NCBI GenBank assembly: GCA_964016885.1
Contig: OZ024745.1
Coordinates: 60,698,001-60,762,000, forward strand
DNA from: Eledone cirrhosa
Taxonomy: Eukaryota
Direction of reading: 5' to 3'
DNA: 64,000 nucleotides
Made by a program: the position numbers and the translations under genes. Numbering within the stretch: the stretch's first letter is position 1; every line of letters starts with the position of its first letter. Below, piece by piece: positions 15,173 to 27,285 of the stretch. The notes under the pieces were generated by a model. That model had not been told where the DNA came from. It saw nothing but the letters and a program-made list of their open reading frames with translations, and made no database searches.

Positions 15173-16250
15173 CTTCTTCTTCTTCTTCTTCTTCTTCTTC
15201 TTCTTCTTCTTCTTCTTCTTCTTCTTCTTCTTCTTCTTCTTCTTCTTCTTCTTCTTCTTCTTCTTCTTCTTCTTCTTCTTCTTCTTCTTCTTCCACGTAT
15301 CCATGGGATGGTTGTGGTCGCAGAGTCCTCAAGTACTCCTTTCAGTGGGTCCTCTCAGAAGCAACTGTCTCCATTTGATCTGGCTGGATCCCCAAGCGAA
15401 ATCAGCTGAGCTCCTGTATGTTATCCAACCATCTTACTTGGGGTCCACCTCAGGGTCTCTTGTCAGTTAGTTTTATTCGTAAAATTGGTCCAAGGATTCT
15501 TTCTTGGGACATTCTAACTACATGTCCATAATATCGGAGCTGTGATCTCTCAATTAGGAGAAGTAATAGCGCTACATGAAGCGACTCTCTGATCTCCGAG
15601 TTACGCACTCTATCGAGTAACGTTACTCCAAAGAACCTTCGGAGGAGGCCCATTTCGGCCGCTTGTATTCGCGACCATATTCTTTCGGTCATTACCTAAG
15701 ATTCATGACCATAGGTGAAGGTTAGCACGAAACCGAATTGAAGATAGCGAGTTTAACCTTTACACCTACGACCCTTCTTCGTGACCGAATATTGAAGCTG
15801 GTGCATTTGATTCAGGTTCTTGCCTTCCCCCCTTGAAAACAGTCTCGAGATACTTGAACTTCTTCACCTGCTTCAGTGGAACTCCATTCACATGTAGAGT
15901 GCACTGTGCAGGCTACCTCGAGAAAATGGGTGTCTCAGTCTTCGCAGCACTGATTTTCATTCCAGCAGTGCAGCGCTCGGCATTAAAACTATCAAGAGAA
16001 AGTCGGATATCACCTTCTAACGATTTAAATAATACCATGTCGTACGCAAATTTCCCTGATCCTACATCCGAGGAAAAAAGGAGGCGTACAAAGCTTGGCT
16101 TGGAAATAAGTCCTCCTTCTTGCACTTGCACAGATCAGCAAATAAAGTGTTCTGGCAGACCATCTGCCGACTTTGTAATAAAAAGTCCCTCTCCACTCCT
16201 GATATCAGGAACGAGTCTGATGTTCTTTCTTCGCAGAGCTGCATCTTCGT
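15173..16250 (-). mobile_element. Degenerate RTE-clade LINE 3' fragment with (GAA)n tail
   Basis: ORF 15450-15692 (RIQAAEMGLLRRFFGVTLLDRVRNSEIRESL...QLRYYGHVVRM) is the RTE post-RT region; frameshifted; (TCT)n at 15173-15292. Confidence 0.85.
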
Positions 16251-16985
16251 GAGGTGGAAAGAATACATCTGATGTACATGAGGTGAATCTGGGAGCGATG
16301 CCTAATTTCTCGGGGCTGAGGCCACAAGAGTAATTAAAAAGCTCAACTATGTATATGTAGCCGATCTCACGGACTTTTACAAAGGGCCGAGAAGATAAAG
16401 TTAATATAAAGGTTGATATGTTCATGCGCAGAGATGCTACAAAATAGCCTATAAAATAGGGCAATGAAAAGAGAAGTTGCCACCGGCCGCTGTGTGTGAG
16501 TGTGTGTGTGTCAACTTCTTTTTCCGCCATTAAAGGATCTTCACTCTATTTTATATGCTATTCTATAGCATCTCCACATCACTCACTCTTTATATTAATG
16601 TGTGTACATTTTATAATATATACTAACACACATATATATATGGGGAAAACCCGAGATTATAAACTATTTTCAATATAGTTGGGGGAAAAACCTCAAAATA
16701 ATCCCCGTGGTGAAATATAGTGATTCGACTGTCCCACAACTACCGTTATCGTTGAAACAACAACAATATCAGCAGTATTCTATCACCAACACAGAACATA
16801 TCTTACCTCTATCTACATACAATCTCAACGCCTATCATATGTACCCCCCCCCCCTTATTATACAGTCTTAGACATGTTCATAAACCACAAGCCTAGACTT
16901 GTTCTGTTTTGTTGTATGAAAACATGTAGAAACATGTCCGCGACTGACAGCTCTCTCTCTCTCTCTCTCTCTCTCATTATATATG

Positions 16986-17147
16986 TGGATTGGCAGTGTC
17001 GGATGCTATGCTTAAAGTTACGGCCCTTTATGGTCTGAGTTCAAATCCCGCCGAGGTTAACTTTGCCTTTCATCCTTACGAGGTCGATAAAATAAAGTAC
17101 CAGTAATACACTAGGATAATTGCTGGCCTTGTGCCAAAAGTAGAAAC

Positions 17148-17152
<5 letters not shown>
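16986..17152 (+). mobile_element. SINE family A
   Basis: GGATTGGCAG...GAGTTCAAATCCCGCCGAGG...GTAGAAACAATTA. Confidence 0.85.
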
Positions 17153-17191
<39 letters not shown>

Positions 17192-17568
17192 TCTGTTATT
17201 AATTCTGGCAATATTACAAAAATTATAGTGCAAATTAATTTGGCCTACTTCGTTATACTTATTTTTATCTAAAGACATTTTTTCCAATTCCAACCCGCCC
17301 GTCCCCAGTCTACCGAGATCACTGATGTTATATTCTTATAGAATTCTAGTAAATAATCAGGAGCTGATTATACAGAGCGGTTGTTGGTCAGGCAGAAATT
17401 AAAAATTAGAATTGGAGCTCTGAAATAGCAATATATATATGGATGTATATATAATGTATTTTGCAATACACTTTATGCTTAATTAAAAGCATTTTGAAGA
17501 CCGTAAGCTATTGTTTTTTAGAGTAATGACTAATTCACTTACTTTGATCTCAGCAAACAGGGGAGATA

Positions 17569-17613
17569 AGCCGACAAGGCCTTGTTTCGCATTTGTTGAA
17601 GCTTATCAAGGCT
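17569..17613 (-). ncRNA. Type I hammerhead ribozyme, U3:A8 core variant
   Basis: Minus strand AGCC-TTGATAA-GCttcaacaaatGC-GAAA-CAAGGCCTTG-TC-GGCT; GUC cleavage triplet, 10-nt palindromic helix III. Confidence 0.75.
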
Positions 17614-17616
17614 AAC

Positions 17617-17659
<43 letters not shown>

Positions 17660-17680
17660 TTCGTATAACCATGTACATTA

Positions 17681-17718
17681 CGAGCTGAAGGTCCACTAAG
17701 GTGAAACAATTGTTCTCG
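17681..17718 (+). ncRNA. Minimal hammerhead ribozyme (A9G), second copy of the 13-kb family
   Basis: CGAG-CTGAAGG-tCCactaaGGt-GAAA-CAATTG-TT-CTCG; downstream ~95 bp match 13121-13213. Confidence 0.7.
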
Positions 17719-17813
17719 TTATGGTGAACTAACTGTTGTGTTACAACTTCCACCTAACTCGTCCCATGGACTGAGTGCTCTACCACTACGGATATTACCT
17801 TCCAGTGTTCTAC

Positions 17814-17870
<57 letters not shown>

Positions 17871-17891
17871 TAGCTGTCAGTCGCAACAAGT

Positions 17892-18151
17892 TAGTACATG
17901 TCTCACTCAACACAGCAAGAACAAGTCAAGACTTGTGCTAGTCCAAACATGCAAGTTAGTACATGTCCCGTTCAACAAAACAGAACATGTCTAGACATGC
18001 AAACAATATATGTATAATATATATATATTGTGTGTGTAATCCGCCCATTATATTGGTTGCATGTCTAGACATATTTTGTTTTGTTGAACGGGACATGTAC
18101 TATGGACTAGCACAAGTCTTGACTTGTTCTTGCTGTGTTGAGTGAGACATA

Positions 18152-18155
<4 letters not shown>
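17892..18155. repeat. Imperfect foldback; related copies at 16868-16952 (-) and 19424-19520 (+)
   Basis: ATGTCTCACTCAACACAGCAAGAACAAGTCAAGACTTGTGCTAGTCCA and its reverse complement bound the segment. Confidence 0.75.
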
Positions 18156-18195
<40 letters not shown>

Positions 18196-18455
18196 TCACC
18201 AATTCAGCGGCTTCACATGTTATAATCTAGGAATTATTAAAATAGATACGTTTTAATTGCACACCCCATCAATTTGCGGGTATAATACTATTACACACAT
18301 ACACACGTATACATATACATATATATATATAATATAATATATTATATTATAATATAATTGTTTCTACTTTTGGCACAAGGCCAGCAAATACCCAGTGCAT
18401 TACTGGTACTTTATTTTATCGACCTCGTAAGGATGAAAGGCAAAGTTAATCTATA

Positions 18456-18524
<69 letters not shown>

Positions 18525-18527
<3 letters not shown>

Positions 18528-19344
18528 TTCCTACATTTCTCCTTTTGAATATTCACCCACAATTATTATTTTTTTCTCTCTATCTCCATACATAATCTCC
18601 CTTCGTTATTATTTTTTTCTCTCTATCTCCATACATAATTTCCCTTCGTTAATTTTCAAATTCCTTTAATTTATACATTATCTTCCAACGGTTCCCAACC
18701 TCTCTATATTAAAACATTATATCTTTTTCTCAGTTATAAAAACTATCTCTTTCTCTCTATCACCCATCTCTCCCTTTCCACCTTCACTCTCATCTCCTCC
18801 CTTTTTTTCATCCTTTCCACCCCCACCCCTCCCTAAATATAATATATTTTTTCCTCGCACATATCCTCCCTTCGTTAATTTTCAAAATTTTTAATTTATA
18901 CAGTATCTTCCAACGGTTTTCAACCCCTCTATATAAAATATATCTCCTCTCTGTTATAAAAACTATCTCTTTCTCTCTATCACCCATCTCTCCCTCTCAT
19001 CTCCTTCCCTTTTCATCCTTTTCTCTCCCCCCCTCTCTAAATAAAATATTTTTCCCAATATCACACATCAATCTAAAACCACTTTTCATATGTTGATTTA
19101 AAACTGCACTATCAACAAGTGTTTTTTTAGCCTTCATATCATGTTCTCCTGTTTTATCTGATGAAAACACAAATATTATTGTTTGATGATGTTTGTTTTT
19201 GAAATGCGCATAATAAAATATATTGAACTCCTTTAACCATCTTTTGATCTTATATTATGCATACTCCAGTCCCACAAACTGTAGAGTGCTTCTTATCCGA
19301 TATCTGCATTGCTTTATTGTACTACAATAAAACTCACCTCCTAC

Positions 19345-19345
<1 letters not shown>
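18525..19345 (+). mobile_element. Penelope-like 3' region with HHR, in (TA)n
   Basis: Internally duplicated pyrimidine-rich segments, then HHR 19152-19218 and a tail shared with 47085-47205. Confidence 0.6.
19152..19218 (+). ncRNA. Type I hammerhead ribozyme
   Basis: TTTTAT-CTGATGA-aaacacaaat...gtttgttttt-GAAA-TGCGCA-TA-ATAAAA; 6-bp helix I, palindromic helix III. Confidence 0.85.
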
Positions 19346-19400
<55 letters not shown>

Positions 19401-19687
19401 GAGAGAGGGGGTGGGGTGTATATGTAGCTGTCAGTCGGGAACAAGTTAGTACATGTTTCACTCAACACAGCAAGAACAAGTCAAGACTTGTGCTTATAAA
19501 CTAGTCCAGACATGCAAGTGACGTTAGGAGTGGGAGTAGATACACTTGGTATAGGTTGTTATATTGTTGTTGTTGGCAGTGATGTGGGTTACAATAGCGA
19601 CAGTAGCTGTTGTGTTGACCAGTTGACAACTGGAATCACCCGACATGACACCATCCGGATTTCTAGGTTTGATTTCAAAAATACTTA

Positions 19688-19855
19688 ATAATTGTTTCTA
19701 CTTTTGGCACAAGGCCAGCAATTACCCCAGTGTATTACTGGTACTTTATTTTATCGACCCCGTAAGGATGAAAGGCAAAGTTAACCTCGGCGGGATTTGA
19801 ACTCAGATCATAAAGGGAGGTAACTAGGCTGGAAAGCATGTCTGACCCTCTACTA
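19688..19855 (-). mobile_element. SINE family A
   Basis: Family A body and B box; further copies at 18355-18452, 21325-21470 and 51100-51220. Confidence 0.85.
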
Positions 19856-20512
19856 ATATGTCTTTTTCATACCTCAAATAAATTTTCCAATATATACAAC
19901 TACGCGCGTTGTGTATTTAAATAAATTTTGTATATTAGAACTCTGCCGACTTTCGATATAATTTTTTTTTTTTAACGAAATTCACTATATATTGGGGTCA
20001 ATAAAATAAAGTACCAGTAAAGTATTGGGCGATTTAATTTGTGCCTAAATTAGAAATCGATTTTGTTTTGTTAACTCAATTCATAGCATCATATAAAAAA
20101 CAGTTTATATTTGACATGAGCTTTTGGTACCCGAATTGGACAGGTCATCGAAGCTGTTGTAAAGTTATAAACTAGACCGTTTACTTTTTTAGAGGTCACG
20201 TGTCACGACAGCATTGAATTACTAGAATCAGCGAGGCTATCCTTTTGCCTGGATGTGTTCACTTTGAAGACCATAATGTTGGGATGGGAAATGCTGCAGT
20301 TGATGTACTGCAGCCCGATTGTATAATATCTGCTGATATAAAGCAATTCTCTGCATATAACAACTTTAGTAACAACTGTTATAAAGACTGCTGCGCAGAA
20401 ATGTGGTCCGACCAGGAATTTGATACGGAAGTATCATTACCAAAACACTGCCAATGATTAACTATTGTGTGCACTCTGGCTGATAGCTTATATATATATA
20501 TATATATATATA

Positions 20513-20687
20513 CAATGATATTAAATAAATGGAAACTATATTTATATATTTATAAACACATTTTATAAATATAGTTTCCATTTATTTAATATCATTGAAT
20601 ATTTACTCCAGGAAACTGTTGAGTGCTCTAAATCAGTTATAAACATTTATATTTGTCGGACTTCCAACAAATTAAATACCCTTTCTA

Positions 20688-20690
<3 letters not shown>
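20513..20690. mobile_element. Foldback 3' fragment of the 54085/62714 HHR family
   Basis: ~34-bp inverted arms CAATGATATTAAATAAATGGAAACTATATTTATA plus a tail homologous to 62785-62860 and 63060-63100. Confidence 0.7.
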
Positions 20691-20774
<84 letters not shown>

Positions 20775-20930
20775 GTAGGTCCCAGGTTGAGTCGGGGATA
20801 ACCACAGTAAGTAAGGTACTCAATACATGGCAGAGTAAGATATATTTATTGTATAGAAGGAGCTTCTACAGGATTTCATCTGAATGAAACAGTTCTAGTC
20901 CTGTAGAAGCTCCCTCTATACAATATATAT
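20775..20930. mobile_element. Foldback insert in (TA)n with truncated HHR-like remnant; related copy at 13235-13370
   Basis: Arms TATTGTATAGAAGGAGCTTCTACAGGA / TCCTGTAGAAGCTCCCTCTATACAATA; GTATTGAGTACCTTACTTACTGTGG shared with 13319-13343. Confidence 0.6.
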
Positions 20931-20940
20931 ATATATATAT

Positions 20941-21202
20941 CTAAGGCGGGTAAAATTCCCGAGATCCATGGACGAGTTCTCTCCAGCGGTCTCTGTCCCT
21001 CATTATCGCTGCCATGTCCTGCGTCTCCAACAGACCAGTGTCTGTCCTTAGGGCATCAACATACGTTAACCTTGGTCTTCCTCTTCTAGTGTGTCCATGT
21101 AGGGGCTCCCAAAGGAGCACTGAGTGCAATGTCAACTCTGGATGTCGGTGAGCATGTCCAGCTAACCTCAGTCTCCTCTGTGTCACTTTTGAGCTGACTT
21201 TT

Positions 21203-21203
<1 letters not shown>
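20941..21203 (-). mobile_element. RTE/RTEX LINE C-terminal fragment
   Basis: QRRLRLAGHAHRHPE...LLWEP.HGHTRRGRPRLTYVDALRTDTGL...MRDRDRWR; (TA)n on both sides. Confidence 0.85.
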
Positions 21204-21237
<34 letters not shown>

Positions 21238-22041
21238 GCACAAAATTTACGAAGGTCACCGAACTTTGTTTCATCGAGCTCCAACTACTACTCATTCACT
21301 CATTCACTCATTCACTCAATGAAATAATTGTTTCTACTTTAGGTACAAGGCCAGCAATCACCCAGTGCATTACTGGTACTTTATTTTATCGACCCCGTAA
21401 GGATGAAAGGCAAAGTCAACCTCGGCGGGATTTGAACTCAGATCATAAAGGGACGTAACTATGCTGGAAACTCATTAGCTTGCAAGTGAGAAGCTATCAG
21501 CCAGAGTGCACACAATAGTTAATCATTGGCAGTGTTTTGGTAATGATACTTCCGTATCAAATTCCTGGTCGGACCACATTTCTGCGCAGCAGTCTTTATA
21601 ACAGTTGTTACTAAAATTGTTATATGCAGAGAATTGCTTTATATCAGCAGATATTATACAATCGGGCTGCAGTACATCAACTGCAGCATTTCCCATCCCA
21701 ACATTATGGTCTTCAAAGTGAACACATCCAGGCAAAAGATAGCCTCGCTGATTCTAGTAATTCAATGCTGTCGTGACACTAAAAAGAGTTGTCACCTGAT
21801 ATAACGGTCTAGTTTATAACTTTACAACAGCTTCGATGACCTGTCCAATTCGGGTACCAAAAGCTCATGTCAAATATAAACTGTTTTTATACGATGCTAT
21901 GAATTGAGTTAACAAAATTACATCGATTTCTAATTTAGGCACAAATTAAATCGCCCAATACTTTACTGGTACTTTATTTTATTGACCCCAAAGGCATTTT
22001 ATCCGACGCTCGCCCAATAAGTATAAAAGCCAAACTCGTTA

Positions 22042-22280
22042 TTTTCAAATCGGTGTTTGTGCCTACCCTTATCTATGGTCATAAATCTTGAGTAATAACC
22101 GAAAGTATACGATCGCAAATACAAACGGCCGAAAGGTGGGCCCTCCGGAGGATCTTTGAAGAAATGTTACTCGATAGGGTAACTTGGAGATCAGGGCATT
22201 GCTGGAAAGTTTTTACGAGCAAAGCCAACCGGCAGGAAGCCCAGAGGTAAACCACGAGCAAGATGGTTGGATAACATGTA
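22042..22280 (+). mobile_element. Decayed RTE LINE fragment
   Basis: Translates FKSVFVPTLIYGHKS*VITESIRSQIQTAE, homologous to the 15.7-kb fragment. Confidence 0.65.
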
Positions 22281-22964
22281 CTTTGATGGAAAAAGAAGTT
22301 ATCAAGGTACCTTAATTAGAATTGACGGTGGTTGTGTGATCTTATTAGAAGTGGCTGTTGTTGTTTAGCCTCTGTCATCGCCCGCCCCTCCCATCGAATG
22401 ACTTGTAATACGTAGGTAGCCAAATTTTGTTTAGCTCTGGGTCAACATGTATCAACATTATATCTCTGTAAAAAGATATTTCTCCAAAATTACTGATACG
22501 TTTAATTATACATACATACACGCTGGATTTTTATGTAATTATATCCTAGAAATAAATTATTAAAATATCAGTAATCAATATAAACTATAGGTTTTCTCTT
22601 ATGCAAACCTAAATTTATCAAAACACAGATTTCTCAGAATAAACAAACAGTCTATTTTTAGAATCGTTAAAGGAGTTACGTTTTTCTACTATGAAAAATA
22701 GTCTATATAAGTTGGTCATATAAGCCAAATTGGACAGCATCACCGGTTGACGCTGTTCCCTTTTTTTTTCCAATTTCCAGAGACTTCATAGTAAAAAAAC
22801 GTGCGTTGAAAATGTTATCTTTAAATACAAAGTTCCCAGTCTGTATGATTGTTGATATAACCAGTTATCCTGGTATAAATTGAACACCAATCCTTGACTC
22901 CAAAATTAAAATACATTCAACGCTATTGCCATCACTATTGACGGCATGGTTCCACTTGTACATA

Positions 22965-23312
22965 AATAATGGTTTCTACATTTGGCACAAGGCCAGCAAT
23001 TTTGAAGGGAATATAAAAGTCGATTAAATCGTGGTGCTACATCAACCCAGTAAGGATGAAAAGCAAAGCTAACCTTGGCAGGGTTTGAACCCAGAATGTA
23101 AAGGGTCGTAATTGGCAAAAGGGTGGTTGACTGGCAGTATCGGTAGAGGGTCGGACTCCATGCTTTGCAAGCACAGGTACGTCCCATTATGGACTGAGTT
23201 CAAATCCCGCCGAGGTTAACTTTGCCTTTCATCCTTACGGAGGTCGATAAAATAAAGTACCAGTAATGTACTGAGTAATTGCTGGCCTTGTGCCAAAAGT
23301 AGAAACAATTAT
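22965..23312. mobile_element. Two SINE A copies in opposite orientation (old minus copy interrupted by young plus copy 23125-23312)
   Basis: Family A motifs on both strands. Confidence 0.75.
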
Positions 23313-24910
23313 ATGCCGCAAAGCTTGCCCGACACTCCACCAATACTGCTAATCCACCGCTCTTAACACTAGTACATAAATAATACAAAATTCTCGTTTG
23401 TTCAGGTTGTCTTCCATTTCGATTATTTGTGTTTCATTGGGTGTGGTCTGTGGAGGAGCCAATGTGTGAAACTGTTGGCGGTCAGTCGATATGTTAAAAT
23501 AACCGCCACATTTTCTTTAAGTTACTGTCTTAAAAAGGAAAATCAAAGCAAAAGGAGGAGATTTATTTAAACTTTGAAACAATGTGTGAAAAAAAACCCG
23601 TGACCATCTCGAATAAAACATCATAGTGTAAAATGACGGAGTACTGAAGTTACGTGTGTGTGTGTGTGGGGGGGGGGGAGAGATTCAGAAGTTGTTGAAT
23701 GGTATCGCAAATGAGTTGACCTCTTCTCTGATACCTGTATCTGTTAATATCAATGTATCTTCCGGGTCTGTCTATATAACATGTCAATCAACCTGCCTAT
23801 CTATCGGCGTCTCTGTCTCTCTCTATTTCTCTCTCTCTCTCTCTCTGATCCTATCTCTTCTAAAGTTAATTTCTCTCTTGTAACGTCTGTGCCTATTTCT
23901 CATTTAACACATACGTCCAGACATTTAATGTCTATGTCTCTCCCTTTTTATATGTATCTTTTGTTTTTTCTTTTAAAACTACGTTCTCTTTGTCTATGTT
24001 TTAGTGTTAAAATCTCATTTTAAACCTTTGTCTGCCGGTTCCTCTTTCAATGGCTGTCGGAATTTTCGGGCTGCTCTGATCTTTCCTCCATGGCTAGTCA
24101 TTATTATCTTCTCTCTTTTGAATATCAACCGATTTATATAGATAATATTTCTTCAATTTATTTCCTAATACGTTCTAATGACATCTCTTTCCCATATCTT
24201 TGTGTCGTCCTTTTTAACTTCTTTCACAGTAGTAGTAGTAGTAGTAGTAGTGGTAGTAGTAGTAGTAGTAGTAGCAGCAGCAGCAGCAGCAGTAGTAGCA
24301 GCAGCAGCAGCAGTAGCAGTAGCAGCAGCAGCAGTAGTAGTAGTAGTAGTTGTTGTTGTTTTGTTTAGACCGTCTTTTTGTATATCAGGAAATATCCTTA
24401 GCTACAGGCGAGTTCTGATCAATCAGACCTTATGATCAATAACATTCCAGTCACAATCAACTTGTCTTTGATTATCCATAAACATCTCATCGTTTAAATA
24501 TCCAATGTTTCCTCTTTCACTTACATATTTCCTTTTCTTTTTAAATGACGGTGTCCCAACATGGCCTCAGCCAGTTGGATGGAACAGGTAAACAATGGTC
24601 TAACGAGTTTAGGTATTTAAAGCCCCTACAGACGGAAAAAGTGTTCACTTTTTTCACTCTCTTGAGAGAGGCTTATATACCGAAACCCGTTACACTATTT
24701 TTATTGTCAAAAACCTGCGTTGAAGCAGGTAATTTTAAGATAACATACACCGAAGTAGAGTTTAGATATTATTTTTATTGAGGCTATATAATAAGTTTCG
24801 TTACCCTCGAGTTTCGCCTGCTTATCACAGGGTCGTGAGACAGACCCTGAGATAAACAGGCCAAACTCCAGAGTAACAAGACTCACCTTTTAGCCTTAAT
24901 AAAATGAGTT

Positions 24911-24974
<64 letters not shown>

Positions 24975-25022
24975 GACATCTCTTTCCCATATCTTTGTGT
25001 CGACCTTTTTAACTTCTTTCAC

Positions 25023-25080
<58 letters not shown>

Positions 25081-25244
25081 TTTTTTTGGAATCTCTGCTT
25101 CGTAGAATCGAGACGTATCTGAGGACCTTGCGATTTCAGAGTCAGGTTCGATCATTACATCGATCGTGCCTCGAGCTGGTCGCCAGAGGAACGATTGTAA
25201 TATGTCTAATACATTTTATTCGTCGCAACACTGATTCTCCGTTT

Positions 25245-25277
<33 letters not shown>

Positions 25278-25437
25278 AGGAGGTTGTAGTTCACTTGAAG
25301 CATTGTGTAATGAGGTATAAACGTTTGAATATGTATAATAAAGCCAAAACAATGCAGGTATGGACATAGAAAAAAGAATGCAATTGCAAAAGATATTGTT
25401 GACAATTCGTCTTTTACCTTAGATTTATTTTAAACGT

Positions 25438-25472
25438 CCTTAATTTTCGAGATAATATCTCTTCTTCAGAGG
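25438..25472 (-). ncRNA. Minimal type I hammerhead ribozyme
   Basis: Minus strand CCT-CTGAAGA-aGAGATAtTATCTC-GAAA-AT-TA-AGG; helix III reduced to an AATT palindrome. Confidence 0.6.
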
Positions 25473-25560
25473 GAAATAAATGTCTCAAACCAGCGTTCTA
25501 AATATCTTGCCAAGATATTTAGAACGCTGGTTTGAGACATATTATTATACATATTCAAAC

Positions 25561-25605
<45 letters not shown>

Positions 25606-25608
<3 letters not shown>

Positions 25609-25935
25609 TTTCTGAATTTGTTTAGCAAGATTCTCTATCTGAAAACGTGTGTTGAAACCGATATTGTTATACTTTGGGAGGGTCACACACAAAAACAAGA
25701 TGGCGCAGGACAGAGCAAAGGAGAGGCACAAAACAAAGAAAAGAATCCCCAGTCACTGAAGGGGTCACAGAATGTGTGACGAAAGAACTTTGACAATATA
25801 TGAACAACCGTCCGCTTGTGAACCAGCCAACCAACCGGAAATTTATAAAAAAAATTGTTTTTAAATTTATAATAAATTGGAGTGAAAGCAACTGGTGCTG
25901 TGTTTCTTATTGGCAACATGGCCCTCCAAAAGTAT

Positions 25936-25943
<8 letters not shown>
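25606..25943. mobile_element. HHR-bearing insert with inverted 3' end
   Basis: Left ~80 bp is the inverted family terminus; right part carries HHR 25752-25794 and ends in ...CCCTCCAAAAGTATAACAATAT; (TA)n on both sides. Confidence 0.75.
25752..25794 (+). ncRNA. Type I hammerhead ribozyme (A9G, slightly decayed)
   Basis: GTCA-CTGAAGG-gGTCACAgaatgTGTGAC-GAAA-GAAC-TT-TGAC; inside a foldback insert of the 11270-11416 family. Confidence 0.7.
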
Positions 25944-26022
<79 letters not shown>

Positions 26023-27024
26023 AATAATGGAGCTGCGGCGTTGCAAATGGGTTACATATGAAAAAGTTTGTCCTTCATCAGTGGCCTTCCAACCGTCGTA
26101 GGCATTTTATCGCTTTAAAGGCCATATACCTCAGGTTGGTGCGAGCAACGGCTAAAAAAAGTCGTTGGGACATGTAAATAAAGGGGACGCTAGGGTAAAC
26201 AAACAAAATGGTTTAAGCAACAGAAAGTGATATATATATATATATATATATATAGTAATAATAATAAATTTGAAGACTAAAATCCAAAGAGGGCTCGATA
26301 AGGATAAATATATATCAAATATATAAGAACCGTAGAGCAAATATTTATTAAAATAACAGATTAAAGTTTAAGCAAAGAATTGCTGCGCTTTCACCCTTAA
26401 CGGGATCTTCTGAAACTAAAAAAATCAATCTGTGAACGCAGAAGTAAATATTTCGAAAAACGTAGCAACCGAAGGAAGACAGGAAGACGATACTTTGGTT
26501 CGTAGAAACGTTCCCTGTTAAAGAACGGGGGAAAAACGAAGATAATACGTCATTATTTGTAGCGGTGAAAACAATTAGATGCAAAGACAAAACCACATTT
26601 ATGGTATAAATGAAGTAGACTAATATTCTATTAGGTGGTTCGTGGAGACGTTCCATGGCAATGAACGGAAAAAACGAAGATAATACGTCATGGTGTGGAG
26701 CGTTGAGAACAATTACACGCAAAGACAAAACCACGTTTATGGTATAAATGAAGTCGTAGACTAAAATTCTATTTAGAAAACCGAATGATTCTCGGCTTCA
26801 GAGTTCAGAATAATGTAAATAAATTACAGAGGTTATTGAAATCAACAATAATTAAATATATACATTCACGCATCCATATACGTACATACACATGCATACG
26901 CGGAAACACCCGCCGTGGGTATGAAACTTTAATCTGTTATTTTAATAAATAAATAAACATATATATATATATACATACTGTATATATATATATATGTGAG
27001 TGTATATATATATATATATACATA

Positions 27025-27071
<47 letters not shown>

Positions 27072-27132
27072 CTGTATATATATATATACATACTGTATAT
27101 ATATATACATACTGTATATATATATATACATA

Positions 27133-27167
<35 letters not shown>

Positions 27168-27285
27168 TAGACATAGAATATTCGAAAATATTCTGTATGT
27201 TTATAATAAACATTTTGAAGACCTAATCGCTATAGAATAGAATACGTCACGTATTACAATTAGATTCTCGATAAAAGCAAGGGAA

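Larger units (their letters stand above)
19992..21991. repeat. ~500-bp inverted duplication with 1-kb spacer
   Basis: 19992-20489 is the reverse complement of 21491-21991 (identical 70-aa ORFs at 20245 + and 21523 -), with small indels. Confidence 0.9.

Noticed and set aside
20245-20457. 70-aa ORF present twice
   Set aside because: TTG start, no recognisable motif; identity is explained by the inverted duplication.
24655-24840. HHR-like fragments (CTTGAGAGAGG...CCGAAAC; GGCGAAACTCGAG)
   Set aside because: Core and helix I cannot be completed.
26060-26086. HHR on the minus strand (CCACTGATGAAGGAC)
   Set aside because: 5' half only; no GAAA or helix III partner.
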